From: an uncultured Gammaproteobacteria bacterium
Lineage (GTDB): Bacteria; Patescibacteriota; Patescibacteriia; Magasanikbacterales; UBA922
DNA length: 64,000 nucleotides
Reading direction: 5' to 3'
Assembly: GCA_964550845.1 (NCBI GenBank)
Contig: CAZKAD010000002.1
Span: forward strand, 11,377-75,376
The notes under the pieces: model-generated
The model's database searches: none
What the model was told of the DNA's origin: nothing
What the model saw: only the letters and a program-made list of their open reading frames with translations
Made by a program: the position numbers and the translations under genes
Shown here: piece by piece, positions 8,690-18,600 of the stretch
How positions within the stretch are numbered: the stretch's first letter is position 1
Layout of the letters: each line of letters begins with the position of its first letter

Positions 8690-8870
8690 TTAACCAGTCT
8701 CGAAAAGACGTTTAACCAGTCTCGAAAAGACGTTTAACCAGTCTCGAAAAGACGTTTAACAAGTCTCAAAGAGACGTTTAATTAATTCAAAGAACGTTGT
8801 GGAAATAATATTCTCCGAAAAGAATATCATTTTTAACCAATTCAAAAAGTCTTGAAGAGACGTTAAATTA
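8690..8870 (+). repeat. Tandem array of 22-bp units CCAGTCTCGAAAAGACGTTTAA x4, plus one degenerate distal copy
   Basis: Direct reading. The last unit supplies the ATG context of gene 8174-8689 (GGTTAAATGG on the minus strand). Confidence 0.9.
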
Positions 8871-9159
8871 AAATTAGTCGAATTATATCTTCCTCTAAAA
8901 TTTGATCTGCTTCAAATATAGCTGTCCTTAACAGCTGAATAAACCAAGTACGAATAACAATCAATCCTTCTTCCGATAAAACGACTTCAATTTTTGACTG
9001 TTTATCAAATAAAACAAGAGTTAATCCATGTGTCCGATCTTCAATTTGATGACTGCTAAACAATTCGCTCTTTTTGGCTTCATTTACAAGCTTTTCGAAC
9101 GAAATTGCTAAAAAGAGGGAATTTTGAAATGACTCTTGTTTTTGCTGAACAAGGTCCAT
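8863..9159 (-). CDS. Hypothetical protein
   Basis: AAAATTGA on its own strand at -51 (9210-9217). Confidence 0.45.
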   Translation of the reverse strand: MDLVQQKQESFQNSLFLAISFEKLVNEAKKSELFSSHQIEDRTHGLTLVLFDKQSKIEVVLSEEGLIVIRTWFIQLLRTAIFEADQILEEDIIRLILI

Positions 9160-9274
9160 GATAAACTTCCTTTAGTTGATTAAGACGATTTTAAGATTGA
9201 AAAAAATAATCAATTTTGCTTCATCATTACAAAATTGATTTTTACTTTGTGATATTGGTTCGAAAAATAAACTA

Positions 9275-9682
9275 ATGAAGTTTCAAACTGTCTACGGAGT
9301 TTTAATCTCAGAAACAGATTTGTTATCTTCTGTATCTCCGAAGAATGAGAGCAAATATCATCTTTCAATAGCTCAACTTCAGCCAATATTTAATCGGCGC
9401 GATTCGATCGGTGATGCAACTATAGAAAAATATTTTCCGGGTTTGCTTCATTTGATCAAAGAATGGGAACTTCGTTTACTTCCGGCACCAAACTATATGT
9501 GTCCTCAAAATCGGCCACATTATGTTTTCGGTCTCTTCTCAGAGAATATTAACTTTCATATTTGCCCAACAGAAGAAATGAAACAAACATTAGTGATGTT
9601 GAAGAAATATTTCAATATCAATCAGGAATGTAAATATTTTTACTTTAATCCGAAGGCGTTTAACCACTTCAATAAGTCTTGA
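9275..9682 (+). CDS. Hypothetical protein
   Basis: AAAATTGA at -37. The last 10 codons are encoded by a GTTTAACC-hairpin repeat unit. Confidence 0.5.
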   Translation: MKFQTVYGVLISETDLLSSVSPKNESKYHLSIAQLQPIFNRRDSIGDATIEKYFPGLLHLIKEWELRLLPAPNYMCPQNRPHYVFGLFSENINFHICPTEEMKQTLVMLKKYFNINQECKYFYFNPKAFNHFNKS

Positions 9683-9695
9683 AGATACGTTTAAG
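9657..9695 (+). repeat. GTTTAACC-hairpin unit overlapping the 3' end of CDS 9275-9682 and leading into the ATG at 9701
   Basis: GGCGTTTAACCACTTCAATAAGTCTTGAAGATACGTTTAAG. Confidence 0.6.
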
Positions 9696-9700
9696 TAAAA

Positions 9701-10297
9701 ATGATTTTTTCTCTCTGCGGAGATGAAAAATTCAAAGCTCCCGACATTTTCGTCAAAAAAGATTCATCAATGTTGTTCTATTTGATTGAACGTGGATCTC
9801 GAAAGATGCTCATTTCACTTGAGTCTGCAAATCAGGAACTACTTGATATTTTCCATCTCTTCTTTTCGAATAGCAGAAGAAAAACCCTGATTTCGGAGGC
9901 AAAAGATGTTTCTGGAAAATACTTCCATCTTTATTCTCGTACATTTCTCGAGGATGGACAAAGAACAGATGAATTTCATCTTTTCTTTGATGATGTGAGC
10001 GATCATCCTCAACGACAGTGGGGTAATCAAATTCCAGGATTAAATACCTACCAAAAAACATTTTTCTGGGAACTTTACATCCGAGGACCAATTTCTCAAA
10101 TTGTTAAGTTGTCTCCTCAAGAGATGAACGTGCCTGTTCCATCTCCCTTCTTAACACAGCAATCAAGCTATCGAAAGGAACCTGTGCATTCTTCAACGAA
10201 AAAGCAAGATTATTTGCCTTATGGAGATACTCTTTCGATGCTTACCTTAAGATCTCCAGATCAAAGAAGAGTGGTTCGAATTCGACCAAGAGCATAG
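9701..10297 (+). CDS. Hypothetical protein
   Basis: Start context GTTTAAGTAAAAATGATTTT. Confidence 0.5.
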   Translation: MIFSLCGDEKFKAPDIFVKKDSSMLFYLIERGSRKMLISLESANQELLDIFHLFFSNSRRKTLISEAKDVSGKYFHLYSRTFLEDGQRTDEFHLFFDDVSDHPQRQWGNQIPGLNTYQKTFFWELYIRGPISQIVKLSPQEMNVPVPSPFLTQQSSYRKEPVHSSTKKQDYLPYGDTLSMLTLRSPDQRRVVRIRPRA

Positions 10298-10305
10298 TTA
10301 GAAAT

Positions 10306-10334
10306 ATTCCTTTCTTTTCGAAGAAAGAAATTAA
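10306..10334. terminator. Palindrome CTTTCTT-TTCGAA-GAAAG between convergent genes
   Basis: Direct reading. Confidence 0.45.
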
Positions 10335-10340
10335 TTATCA

Positions 10341-10958
10341 CTAAATAAATTTAACCGGAAAATCAGCCTGCAGTGTACCTGGAATTGGGCAATCAATGTC
10401 TCCGAGATGAACTTTCTTATCTCGAGACCACTTTTTGAGTAAATTACTTGAACATTTCTCAAAGACAAGAACATGGTATCCTCCACGGGTCTCAATAATA
10501 GTTGGAGGAACGTTTTCAACTTTAAGATCTTCAAGGAGTTCGGGAAGATCCTTTTTATCATCAAGATCAAAAGAGAGGCATTCGGTTTTTGCCGAAGATC
10601 GCCTGACTGCAGAGATCAATTCTCGATCTAATTCGCGAGTTTGATTGTTATCAACGAAACGAGACATAAATCTTTTCAACAGTAATCGTTCAGCTTCATC
10701 TTTACTTCTTCCGTTAGTAGTTGAATAAAAGGCGAAATGCCCAGTTTCATTTCGGAGCGCAAAATTCAGCAGTTCAACTTCTTCTCGAAATTGTTCGGCT
10801 GTCAAAGAATTGCACAGTAAAAATCTTTCTTTTTTGTTTGTTCCTCCATATTTCGCACGATCAATGGTAAAAATCACTTGAAGGGTAGATGAAGATTGAA
10901 TCAATTGAGCAAATCTTTCGATTTGAGCTGGATCATGAATTCGAGACTTGATTTCCAT
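10341..10958 (-). CDS. Hypothetical protein
   Basis: Start CTTAAATGG fused to repeat unit. Convergent palindrome 10306-10334 lies at its 3' end. Confidence 0.5.
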   Translation of the reverse strand: MEIKSRIHDPAQIERFAQLIQSSSTLQVIFTIDRAKYGGTNKKERFLLCNSLTAEQFREEVELLNFALRNETGHFAFYSTTNGRSKDEAERLLLKRFMSRFVDNNQTRELDRELISAVRRSSAKTECLSFDLDDKKDLPELLEDLKVENVPPTIIETRGGYHVLVFEKCSSNLLKKWSRDKKVHLGDIDCPIPGTLQADFPVKFI

Positions 10959-11016
10959 TTAAGTAGACTGAAAAATGTTTAACTCTCAAAAGGACCTTGA
11001 GGATGTTTAACCATAT
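10959..11016 (+). repeat. Two TGTTTAAC units flanking hairpin CTCAA-AAGGACC-TTGAG
   Basis: Direct reading; between two minus-strand genes. Confidence 0.6.
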
Positions 11017-12203
11017 AAAACTGGTGGGCCATAAGGATTAGTCATCACTGGATCGGCACCGATTGCAATCTTCCGTTTACTTTCAAACAAATGGGATACA
11101 CCAGGAATAACATCATCACCTGGAAGATTCCAAGTCGTTTGTGGAGCCGAATAATGATAGCGATTTTTAATTCCATAAGTTGGGTCAGTATAAGCCAGAT
11201 ATTCGACTGTATTGCTAATTGGAACGTCAGCCATTGAAACTTCGGGCATCTTGTTTTCAAGTAGTGCAAGTTCTTGATGGTCATACTTTTCAACATTACT
11301 AACTGCCGAAGGATTAACTGTCACTTGTAGATCATATTTGTCTTTCAATTTCGTCTTTGATTCAATCACCAATTCAACAACTGCCGTTGGAGCTGATTGC
11401 TTAACAGTCCAAGTATAATCTTTCAATCTAATCGTCTTTCCTTGGAAAGGTAGCTCGAGGATTGAATGAGCAGCAGCTGCCATTGCAACTGCCATTGGAT
11501 CTTTGAGTTTGAGGGGAACTGTTATTTCTCCATCAGAAAGTGTTGTTTTGGCAACTGGTGTAATCAATGTAATCAAATCTCTATCGCGAATATACTTAAT
11601 TGTTCTTACACGAGTCGCAGTTGTTTCCTCTGTCGGAGCAACTACACCTTCCATTGCTGAATAAGGTTTGTAAGTGATACTTGGTTTAACACCTTTTTCA
11701 ACACGATCAGTCTTGGTGTAGACTGCCGAAGGAACAACAGTAGTCACAATCTTTTTTGACGTCAAAGCAATTTGACTTGGATGAATCGGATGATTAATAT
11801 CGGCATAAGGAGTTTCAGTTGGAAAAGACACTGATGTCAAAGGACGAGGTTCTTGCGAATAATAATCCATCGGCAATCTTCCCTCCATTTGGTAATGCCA
11901 ACCTCCCGGAGGTTGACTAAATGGATCGGTTGCAATTATTCCTTTTCCAATACCTGAAGGCTGTTTGAGTTCTTGATTCAAATATAGACTACCGGCTTGA
12001 CCCATTCCCTGAGCAGGATTATTCGCCCTCGGAAACTTACGGATATATTCCGACATATCATGATTCTCGGAGTTTTGAATCACTTCTCCAATATCGACTT
12101 TGTCGTTTCTCGGTGCCATTCGTTGTTCATAATATTTGTTTGCACCGATATTTGAAACCCGGTAATCCAAATCAAGTGTATCGTATTTCGGGAATCCGAA
12201 CAT
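11007..12203 (-). CDS. Hypothetical protein (Pro/Thr/Val-rich, possible virion protein)
   Basis: 398-aa ORF with clean ATG. No catalytic motifs recognised. Confidence 0.5.
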   Translation of the reverse strand: MFGFPKYDTLDLDYRVSNIGANKYYEQRMAPRNDKVDIGEVIQNSENHDMSEYIRKFPRANNPAQGMGQAGSLYLNQELKQPSGIGKGIIATDPFSQPPGGWHYQMEGRLPMDYYSQEPRPLTSVSFPTETPYADINHPIHPSQIALTSKKIVTTVVPSAVYTKTDRVEKGVKPSITYKPYSAMEGVVAPTEETTATRVRTIKYIRDRDLITLITPVAKTTLSDGEITVPLKLKDPMAVAMAAAAHSILELPFQGKTIRLKDYTWTVKQSAPTAVVELVIESKTKLKDKYDLQVTVNPSAVSNVEKYDHQELALLENKMPEVSMADVPISNTVEYLAYTDPTYGIKNRYHYSAPQTTWNLPGDDVIPGVSHLFESKRKIAIGADPVMTNPYGPPVLYG

Positions 12204-12255
12204 TTCTTTGTTAAAAAAAATTGATATTGTTTAATTTTTATTTAAAGTAACTAAA

Positions 12256-15099
12256 ATGGACTCGGTACTCTCAGCCTTTATCCAAGCTCATCGAGCCGAT
12301 GATCGTGAGACCCATTACAATTTCGTTAGCACTCTTCGACCAAAAGGACGTTACCTTTTTGATCGTGCTCAACTCGAAGAATTAATGAAATTGTATTGTA
12401 AGAGGCTAAATGATATTCCCAATATGATGTCCGGATTGGGAGAAATGCCTCAAGAGTATTCCATGTTAGTTGTTGATGCAGATATTAAGAAAACATTACT
12501 CGAACTTGAAGAAAAGTACAAGACGGATAATGAAGGAAAAAATGTCATTCCTTTTAAACAAGTCGATGAAAAAGGAATGATTACATACAATTATCTTCCC
12601 CCTATTTATACAGAACTTCAAGTTCGACAAGTAATTGCCGCTTATCAATTTGTAATGCAACAATTGACTCGTGATTTTGAGAACAATTATGCAATTTGTA
12701 TTTTGCTTGAGAAGAAACCTTATATTAGTGATGATTATCTGAAATCAGGTTTTCATTTAGCTTTCATTAACTACTTTTGTGAAAAGTCTATGATGGATAC
12801 TTATCTTATCCCTCGTGTTGTAGATAAAGTTAATGAAATGCGAATTTTCCATAGTCTTGGATTTGGAACTTCAAGTGATGTGTTAGATATTTCGAAGAAG
12901 ATGCACCATTCGAAGCCGTGGATGATGTATGGATCAAGGAAAAACGAATATTCTGGATTTTATCAAGTGACTCGAGCCTTTGGAATGAATGGTGTTGAAA
13001 TATCTCTCGATGAAGCTTTTCGAGGATATCAACTCTTCGATCATTATCAAAGACCGATTGATATTTCTCAAAACCGAGCTTACCATTATCCAAGAATTTT
13101 TAGCGTCAATCCAACTTATCGGAAAGTAGTTGAAATAGCTCCTACCTTTGACCCCCGGGACGTTGGTGTTGAAGTTTATCAAGACAAGAAGAATAGTAAT
13201 CAGAAACCCGATCTTGACTATGAAGAGAGAATGAAATTGGCTCGCGAGCTTGTCCCATTGTTGAGTGCTGAACGGGCTGAAAATCATGATTTATGGATAG
13301 AAGTTGGTTGGGTATTGAAATCAATTAGTGAAGGTTCAGAGGAAGGATTGCAATTATGGAACGAATTTTCAATGAATTGTCCTGAGAAGTTTAATGATGC
13401 AGATAATATGAGGCGTTGGGCCAAAATGTACATCGGAAACTTTAAAATTGGTCGACTGAAACAATTTGCCAAAGAAGATTCTCCTGAGGAGTATCGCGCA
13501 TTGATGAGCACTCGTTTTGAAGCCCGAATGGATGAAGCCAGTATGTCAAGAACTCATAACGACTTAGCCAAAGCTTTGTATGAACAATATTCCGAAGAGT
13601 TTGTTTGCGTATCAAAGAAAAAGAACCTTTGGTTTCAGTATCGAGATCATCATTGGATGCCATGCGAAGAGGGAATTGAACTGAGTAAGAAAATTTCTGA
13701 TGATCTGGCACAAGAGTACTACAAAAAGAGTGGCGAGTTTCTCGATAATTCAAATAATATCGGAAATGAGGGCAAAAACAAAGATATTATGGCGAAATTC
13801 AAAATGGTCAGCGATTTAATCATTAAGTTGAAAACCAATTCATTTAAGAATTCAATTATGAAGGAATGCGCTGAAGTCTTTTATGATCGAGAATTTCTTC
13901 GTAAACTTGGTCAAAACAAATATTTAATTGGGCTCAAGAATGGAGTCTACGATTTGAAAGAACATAAATTCCGTGAAGGGAGAGCCGATGATTATATTTA
14001 CCATCAATTGCCGATTTATTTTCGAGAATATAATGAAAATGATCCATGGGTGATTGAAACTCAAACGTTCTTTGAAAAAGTTATAGTCGATGATCAACTT
14101 CGAGATTATTTCCTTGATCGAATGGCCGAAGTATTGATTGGTGGCAACAAACGTAAACATGTCTATTTCTGGACCGGAAGAGGTAATGCTGGTAAATCTA
14201 TGACTATGGAACTGTTTTCGAAGATGTTGGGCGAATATTGCAAAGAAGTGCCAAATTCTCTTTTTGTCGGAGATAAACCCAAAACAGGTCAAGCCTGCCC
14301 TGAACTTGCCAGAACTGATAAAGGTGTTCGACTCGTTTGTACACAAGAACCAAATAAGAAAGATCGAATCAATACTGGAGCGATTAAGGAATATTCGGGT
14401 AACGATCGTATCTTTGTTCGAGGTTTGTATGAAGATGGTGGAGAAATGCTCCCTCTATTTAAGATGGTCATGATTTGTAATGATCTTCCTGAAGTCACCA
14501 ATAATGATCTTGCTTTTTGGAATCGAGTTCGTGTGATTGAGTTTGGGAGTAAATTTGCTTACAATGCACCAGTTTCCGAAGACGAACAATTTGAAAAGAG
14601 AATCTTTCCAAGAGATGATTTATTGGGTGAAAAATTTGAGCATATGGTCGAACCTTTATTTTGGATGCTTGTTCAACGATTGAAGAAGATTCCGATTAAG
14701 ATCAAAGAGCCTGCTTGTGTCACTGATGCAGGTGAAAAATATCGACGATCTCAAGATGTCTACAGTAAGTTTATTGATGAACGTATCATTGTCGATGAAA
14801 AAGGAACAGTCAATATTAATGAAATGTATGTTTCATTCAAAGATTGGCATAAATCAACCTACAATAGCGGTCGACCTTTGCCATCCAAAGATGACATGTT
14901 TTCAAATATTGCTGACATGTGGGGAAATGCGATTAAGTTTTCTTGGCCTGGATATCGACTTCGACAAGAAAAAGATGACATTGCCGAAGGAAAAGCTGAA
15001 AAACATACTTCGTTTGACTTATCGAAACAGTTGGGTAAAGTACTTGGTATGCCAAATGGAATTGGAATGGTTAATCCACTTGCGACTCAACAAGCGTAA
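12256..15099 (+). CDS. D5-like primase-helicase (AEP primase plus D5N plus SF3 helicase)
   Basis: SF3 Walker A WTGRGNAGKSMT, D5-family architecture, 947 aa. AAAATTGA at 12217-12224 (-32). Start CTAAAATGG. Confidence 0.9.
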   Translation: MDSVLSAFIQAHRADDRETHYNFVSTLRPKGRYLFDRAQLEELMKLYCKRLNDIPNMMSGLGEMPQEYSMLVVDADIKKTLLELEEKYKTDNEGKNVIPFKQVDEKGMITYNYLPPIYTELQVRQVIAAYQFVMQQLTRDFENNYAICILLEKKPYISDDYLKSGFHLAFINYFCEKSMMDTYLIPRVVDKVNEMRIFHSLGFGTSSDVLDISKKMHHSKPWMMYGSRKNEYSGFYQVTRAFGMNGVEISLDEAFRGYQLFDHYQRPIDISQNRAYHYPRIFSVNPTYRKVVEIAPTFDPRDVGVEVYQDKKNSNQKPDLDYEERMKLARELVPLLSAERAENHDLWIEVGWVLKSISEGSEEGLQLWNEFSMNCPEKFNDADNMRRWAKMYIGNFKIGRLKQFAKEDSPEEYRALMSTRFEARMDEASMSRTHNDLAKALYEQYSEEFVCVSKKKNLWFQYRDHHWMPCEEGIELSKKISDDLAQEYYKKSGEFLDNSNNIGNEGKNKDIMAKFKMVSDLIIKLKTNSFKNSIMKECAEVFYDREFLRKLGQNKYLIGLKNGVYDLKEHKFREGRADDYIYHQLPIYFREYNENDPWVIETQTFFEKVIVDDQLRDYFLDRMAEVLIGGNKRKHVYFWTGRGNAGKSMTMELFSKMLGEYCKEVPNSLFVGDKPKTGQACPELARTDKGVRLVCTQEPNKKDRINTGAIKEYSGNDRIFVRGLYEDGGEMLPLFKMVMICNDLPEVTNNDLAFWNRVRVIEFGSKFAYNAPVSEDEQFEKRIFPRDDLLGEKFEHMVEPLFWMLVQRLKKIPIKIKEPACVTDAGEKYRRSQDVYSKFIDERIIVDEKGTVNINEMYVSFKDWHKSTYNSGRPLPSKDDMFSNIADMWGNAIKFSWPGYRLRQEKDDIAEGKAEKHTSFDLSKQLGKVLGMPNGIGMVNPLATQQA

Positions 15100-15102
15100 A
15101 GT

Positions 15103-15125
15103 ATTTTCTCTCCTCGAAAGGAGAT
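15103..15125. terminator. Palindrome TCTCC-TCGAAA-GGAGA between the D5 stop and the convergent small gene
   Basis: Direct reading. Confidence 0.45.
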
Positions 15126-15129
15126 AAAA

Positions 15130-15429
15130 TTATTCACTGAGTTGTTCATAAATGTTCCAAATAACCTCTTTCGTGTTACCATTAGGAACATCAATATCAA
15201 TAGTCATCATTTCGATGCTAACGCTGCTAGAATAGCGAATTCTGACTTTTGAATAATCGGTTGGATGTTCATAAGCAGAATTAAAATCATCTTTCCGAAT
15301 CACTAGTTGATTAGCACAGTTCAGAAATTTGCTTCTTAATTGAGAAGATGTCATATCTTTTTTCTCTTCATCCGAATTTTCCCACGTTCGTTTTATAAAT
15401 TCTTGTGTTTCTTCCCATCCTTTGGGCAT
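15130..15429 (-). CDS. Small hypothetical protein
   Basis: First ATG is at 15427-15429. The track start is TTG. A C9 homopolymer plus PETSA-repeat ORF lies upstream in the +1 frame. Confidence 0.4.
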   Translation of the reverse strand: MPKGWEETQEFIKRTWENSDEEKKDMTSSQLRSKFLNCANQLVIRKDDFNSAYEHPTDYSKVRIRYSSSVSIEMMTIDIDVPNGNTKEVIWNIYEQLSE

Positions 15430-15440
15430 TAGAGCACCCA

Positions 15441-15496
15441 CCCCCCCCCTTTTCAAAAATCTTAAAAGCAGAAGTCTCAGGAGCAGAAGTCTCAGG
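15441..15496. repeat. C9 homopolymer (15441-15449) and direct repeat gcagaagtctcagga x2 (15461-15496)
   Basis: Direct reading. Unusual in an AT-rich genome. Confidence 0.8.
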
Positions 15497-15528
15497 ATTT
15501 GACATTGTTAATTCAATTCTTATTTTTA

Positions 15529-15564
15529 ATTTTAGTCTTTTTGTTTTAATTCAAAAAGACTAAA
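15529..15564. terminator. 14-bp-stem inverted repeat TTTTAGTCTTTTTG-TTTTAATT-CAAAAAGACTAAAA downstream of RPB2
   Basis: Direct reading. Confidence 0.5.
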
Positions 15565-15601
15565 ATTCAATCAATTTTCGTTCCTCGAGAGGAAAGAAAA
15601 A

Positions 15602-18600
15602 TTAATTCATTGCGCTGTCTTCAAGTGGATCTTCAATTGGTTCAGTTTCAACCTTCAAATCAATACCCATTGCGCGAACATACTCCGAAAGCAATTTGAA
15701 AGGGTAAGGAATTTTGACTGGATTTAACTCCGCATTGAGACATTTACATTTTTTGATTTGTGAATAAGTTCCACAAACGCTGCAAACTTTGGTTTCATAT
15801 TTATCACTGCTTTCCAACATTCTTTCATTTAGCGCAAAGGCAGCACCATGAGAATTTAGAGCATCATCTTCCATTTGTCCGAAACGAATGGCCGCTTGAT
15901 CGGGACCGTTCTTTCGCCCTGAATTTACAGGTTGTCCAGTTACAAACTTCTTTGGTCCAAGAGACTGAGCTGAAAGCTTATCTTGAATAAAATGAGTCAA
16001 TGCTCGATAATAAGTCGGACCAATAAAGATGGAACAAGGTAATAATTCGCCTGTTCTTCCACAAATCATCATTTCGTCTCCATGACGTTGAAAACCATGT
16101 TGAACTAGTTTTGAGCCAACCATATCGATGTAATTCTTCATATAACTTTTATCTTCTGAAAAAGAAGGAGATCCATCGTAGTTTTCTCCTGTACACAAGG
16201 AAGCTTTGCCGCACACCGTCTCAATTAATTGACCAATTGTCATACGAGACGGAATACAATGCGGATTAATGATAATATCAGGTCGGATCCCTTCACTTTT
16301 ACCATCAGCGCAAAATGGAAGGTCAACTTCTGACATGATCATTCCAAGTGTACCTTTTTGTGCATGAACACTGGCAAATTTCGAACCCATTAACGGATTG
16401 CGAATAAAACCAAGTCTAACTTTGACTAATTTGGCGCCTTCTGAACTTGTAGTGATTAGAATATCATCAACAAATCCTTCTTCTTCAAGACGATGTACAA
16501 CTGAAATATCATGTCGTTGTTTTGGTTTGCCTTTCTCTTCCTTTTCTTCAATTTTACGAATCAAAACGTCACCTTTACAAACAGTTGAACCTTTACGAAT
16601 AATTCCGTTTGGACCAAGTTTGAGATAATTGTAGTTTCGATTAATAGTTTCAATTGGATTAAGAAGATCAACAGGGCAAATTTTCTTTGCAAGCTCTTCA
16701 ACTTCTGTGATCACCTTGTAGACGGTTGAAACAAATAAACCTCGTTGAATTGAAGCTTTGTTCATGACGATACTATCCTCAACATTCCAACCTTGACTCA
16801 TAATCGCCACAATCGCGTTGATACCAGATGGTAACTCGTTGTAACCGAGATATTCACTCATTTTGGTACTAATCAAAGCTCGTTGAGGATAATGTAATTG
16901 ATAGGAAGTTGTTTCGAAACGGGTCAAAAACATAGTTGACCAAATTCCAACAGCTTGTTTAGTCATTGAAGCCGAATAGATATTACGAGGACCTTGATTA
17001 TGATTGAGAAAAGGCACTATGCTACAACAAACTCCAAGAATAGTACATGGATGAATTTCACAATAGTGAGTCTTTTCATCAACTTGACCTGGATAAAGAG
17101 CCAAATTTGATGTTTGTTCTTCGAGTTTATCGACATAGACTATTTTACCTTCACGAAGAAGATCATACCACGTTTTTCCAGAGACTTCTTGATCACTTTT
17201 AATCAGAAGCTCTCCATTTTCACATGCAAATAGTGGACGCATACAACGACCACCATCTGTATAACAATGAAACTCTTTGATTTTTTCTTGATAAGAGAGA
17301 CTGATTTCTCCATGAAAGAGGCTATCTCGACGAGCTTTCTTTAGCTTATTTAATAGCTGATGAGGTTTTTCTGAAACTCCAATCAGCGCGCCATTCAAAA
17401 ATACTTTAGCTTGGTGACAATTTTCAAATGACATTTGTTGATCGAATTCATCAACGTTCATTCGTATTAGAACTGCAACCAAGGGTTGTTCTGAAACTGG
17501 TGTTGTAATATGGGCCAGAATAGCGAGATTTTTAATAATACCTGCTTTTTCACCCTCTGGAGTTTCAGAGGGATCTGTGATACCCCACTGACTGTTATGC
17601 AACAGACGAATATCTACTGCAGTTGATTTTGAACTACAAGTTGCCGATGATCTTCGAGTGTGAGAAATCGCTGACATATGGTTTTTCAATACCATTGCTT
17701 GGCAAATACCTTCGGCTGTATAACCTGTTCCCGGAACACCCCAATTACCCGTGCTCATTGCATTATGAATTGATTTACTCAGACTTTCATCAGTGGTAAA
17801 CTTCTCATAAGCAGCAGGATGAAAATTTAGTTCTTTAACCATTCTTTCATTGTAATACTTTTCAAACAATGGTCGAAAAAGCATTTCGAGCAAAGGTCCA
17901 TCAGTATCAAACTTTCGATTTGCAAAGTTGTCGCGGTCATCTTTAGGCAATCTGCCCAAAAAGGCAAGAATTACTTTGCGAATCATATAAGCAAGATAAA
18001 AGGGACGAAGTTTAATTGGAACATGAGCCAACACTAAACACTGAAACAACTCTCGAAGAAAATCTTGATGCTTATCACTGGTTACGTTTGGATTAATATT
18101 TCCGATCAGAATCTGATAAATATCTCTTTTTTGTGCATTGAATGTATTGATCATCTGACGAATACAATCTTGTACTTGATAGTCTTGTGAATCATCGCAA
18201 ATCATCAAACTCATTTTCTGAGTTGTATCTTCCTCAAATTTCCACAGTCCGGTATAGAAACCAAGCGTGTGAAAAAATACTCCAATTGGAATATCATTAC
18301 TGAATGAAGGTACAGAAGTGACAATTGTTTTGTCTGCTTTAACTTTTAAACTCAAAATATAAGGTTTTGTATTGTTGATGACTACAGATCTAACTTCAAT
18401 CATTGCTGTAAAAGATGTTGGTGGAGGACGGATAAAGTCTCGATTGTAAGGATCTCGTTCTCGTACAATTGTACAACGATGATTTCCATTGATAATATAA
18501 TATCCTCCTTTGTCGTATTCACATTCTCCGAGTTTTGCAAGCTCTTCTTCAGTCTTTCCTGATAGATGGCAAAATTTACTTTTGAGCATCAATGGAATTG

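Noticed and set aside
8690-8790. Possible CRISPR arrays (regular short tandem repeats at 8690, 29148, 34341, 49733, 51114)
   Set aside because: Units are 20-23 bp and abut each other with no unique spacers. The whole unit repeats, no cas genes are present, and the context is a eukaryotic virus. These are tandem repeat arrays, not CRISPR.
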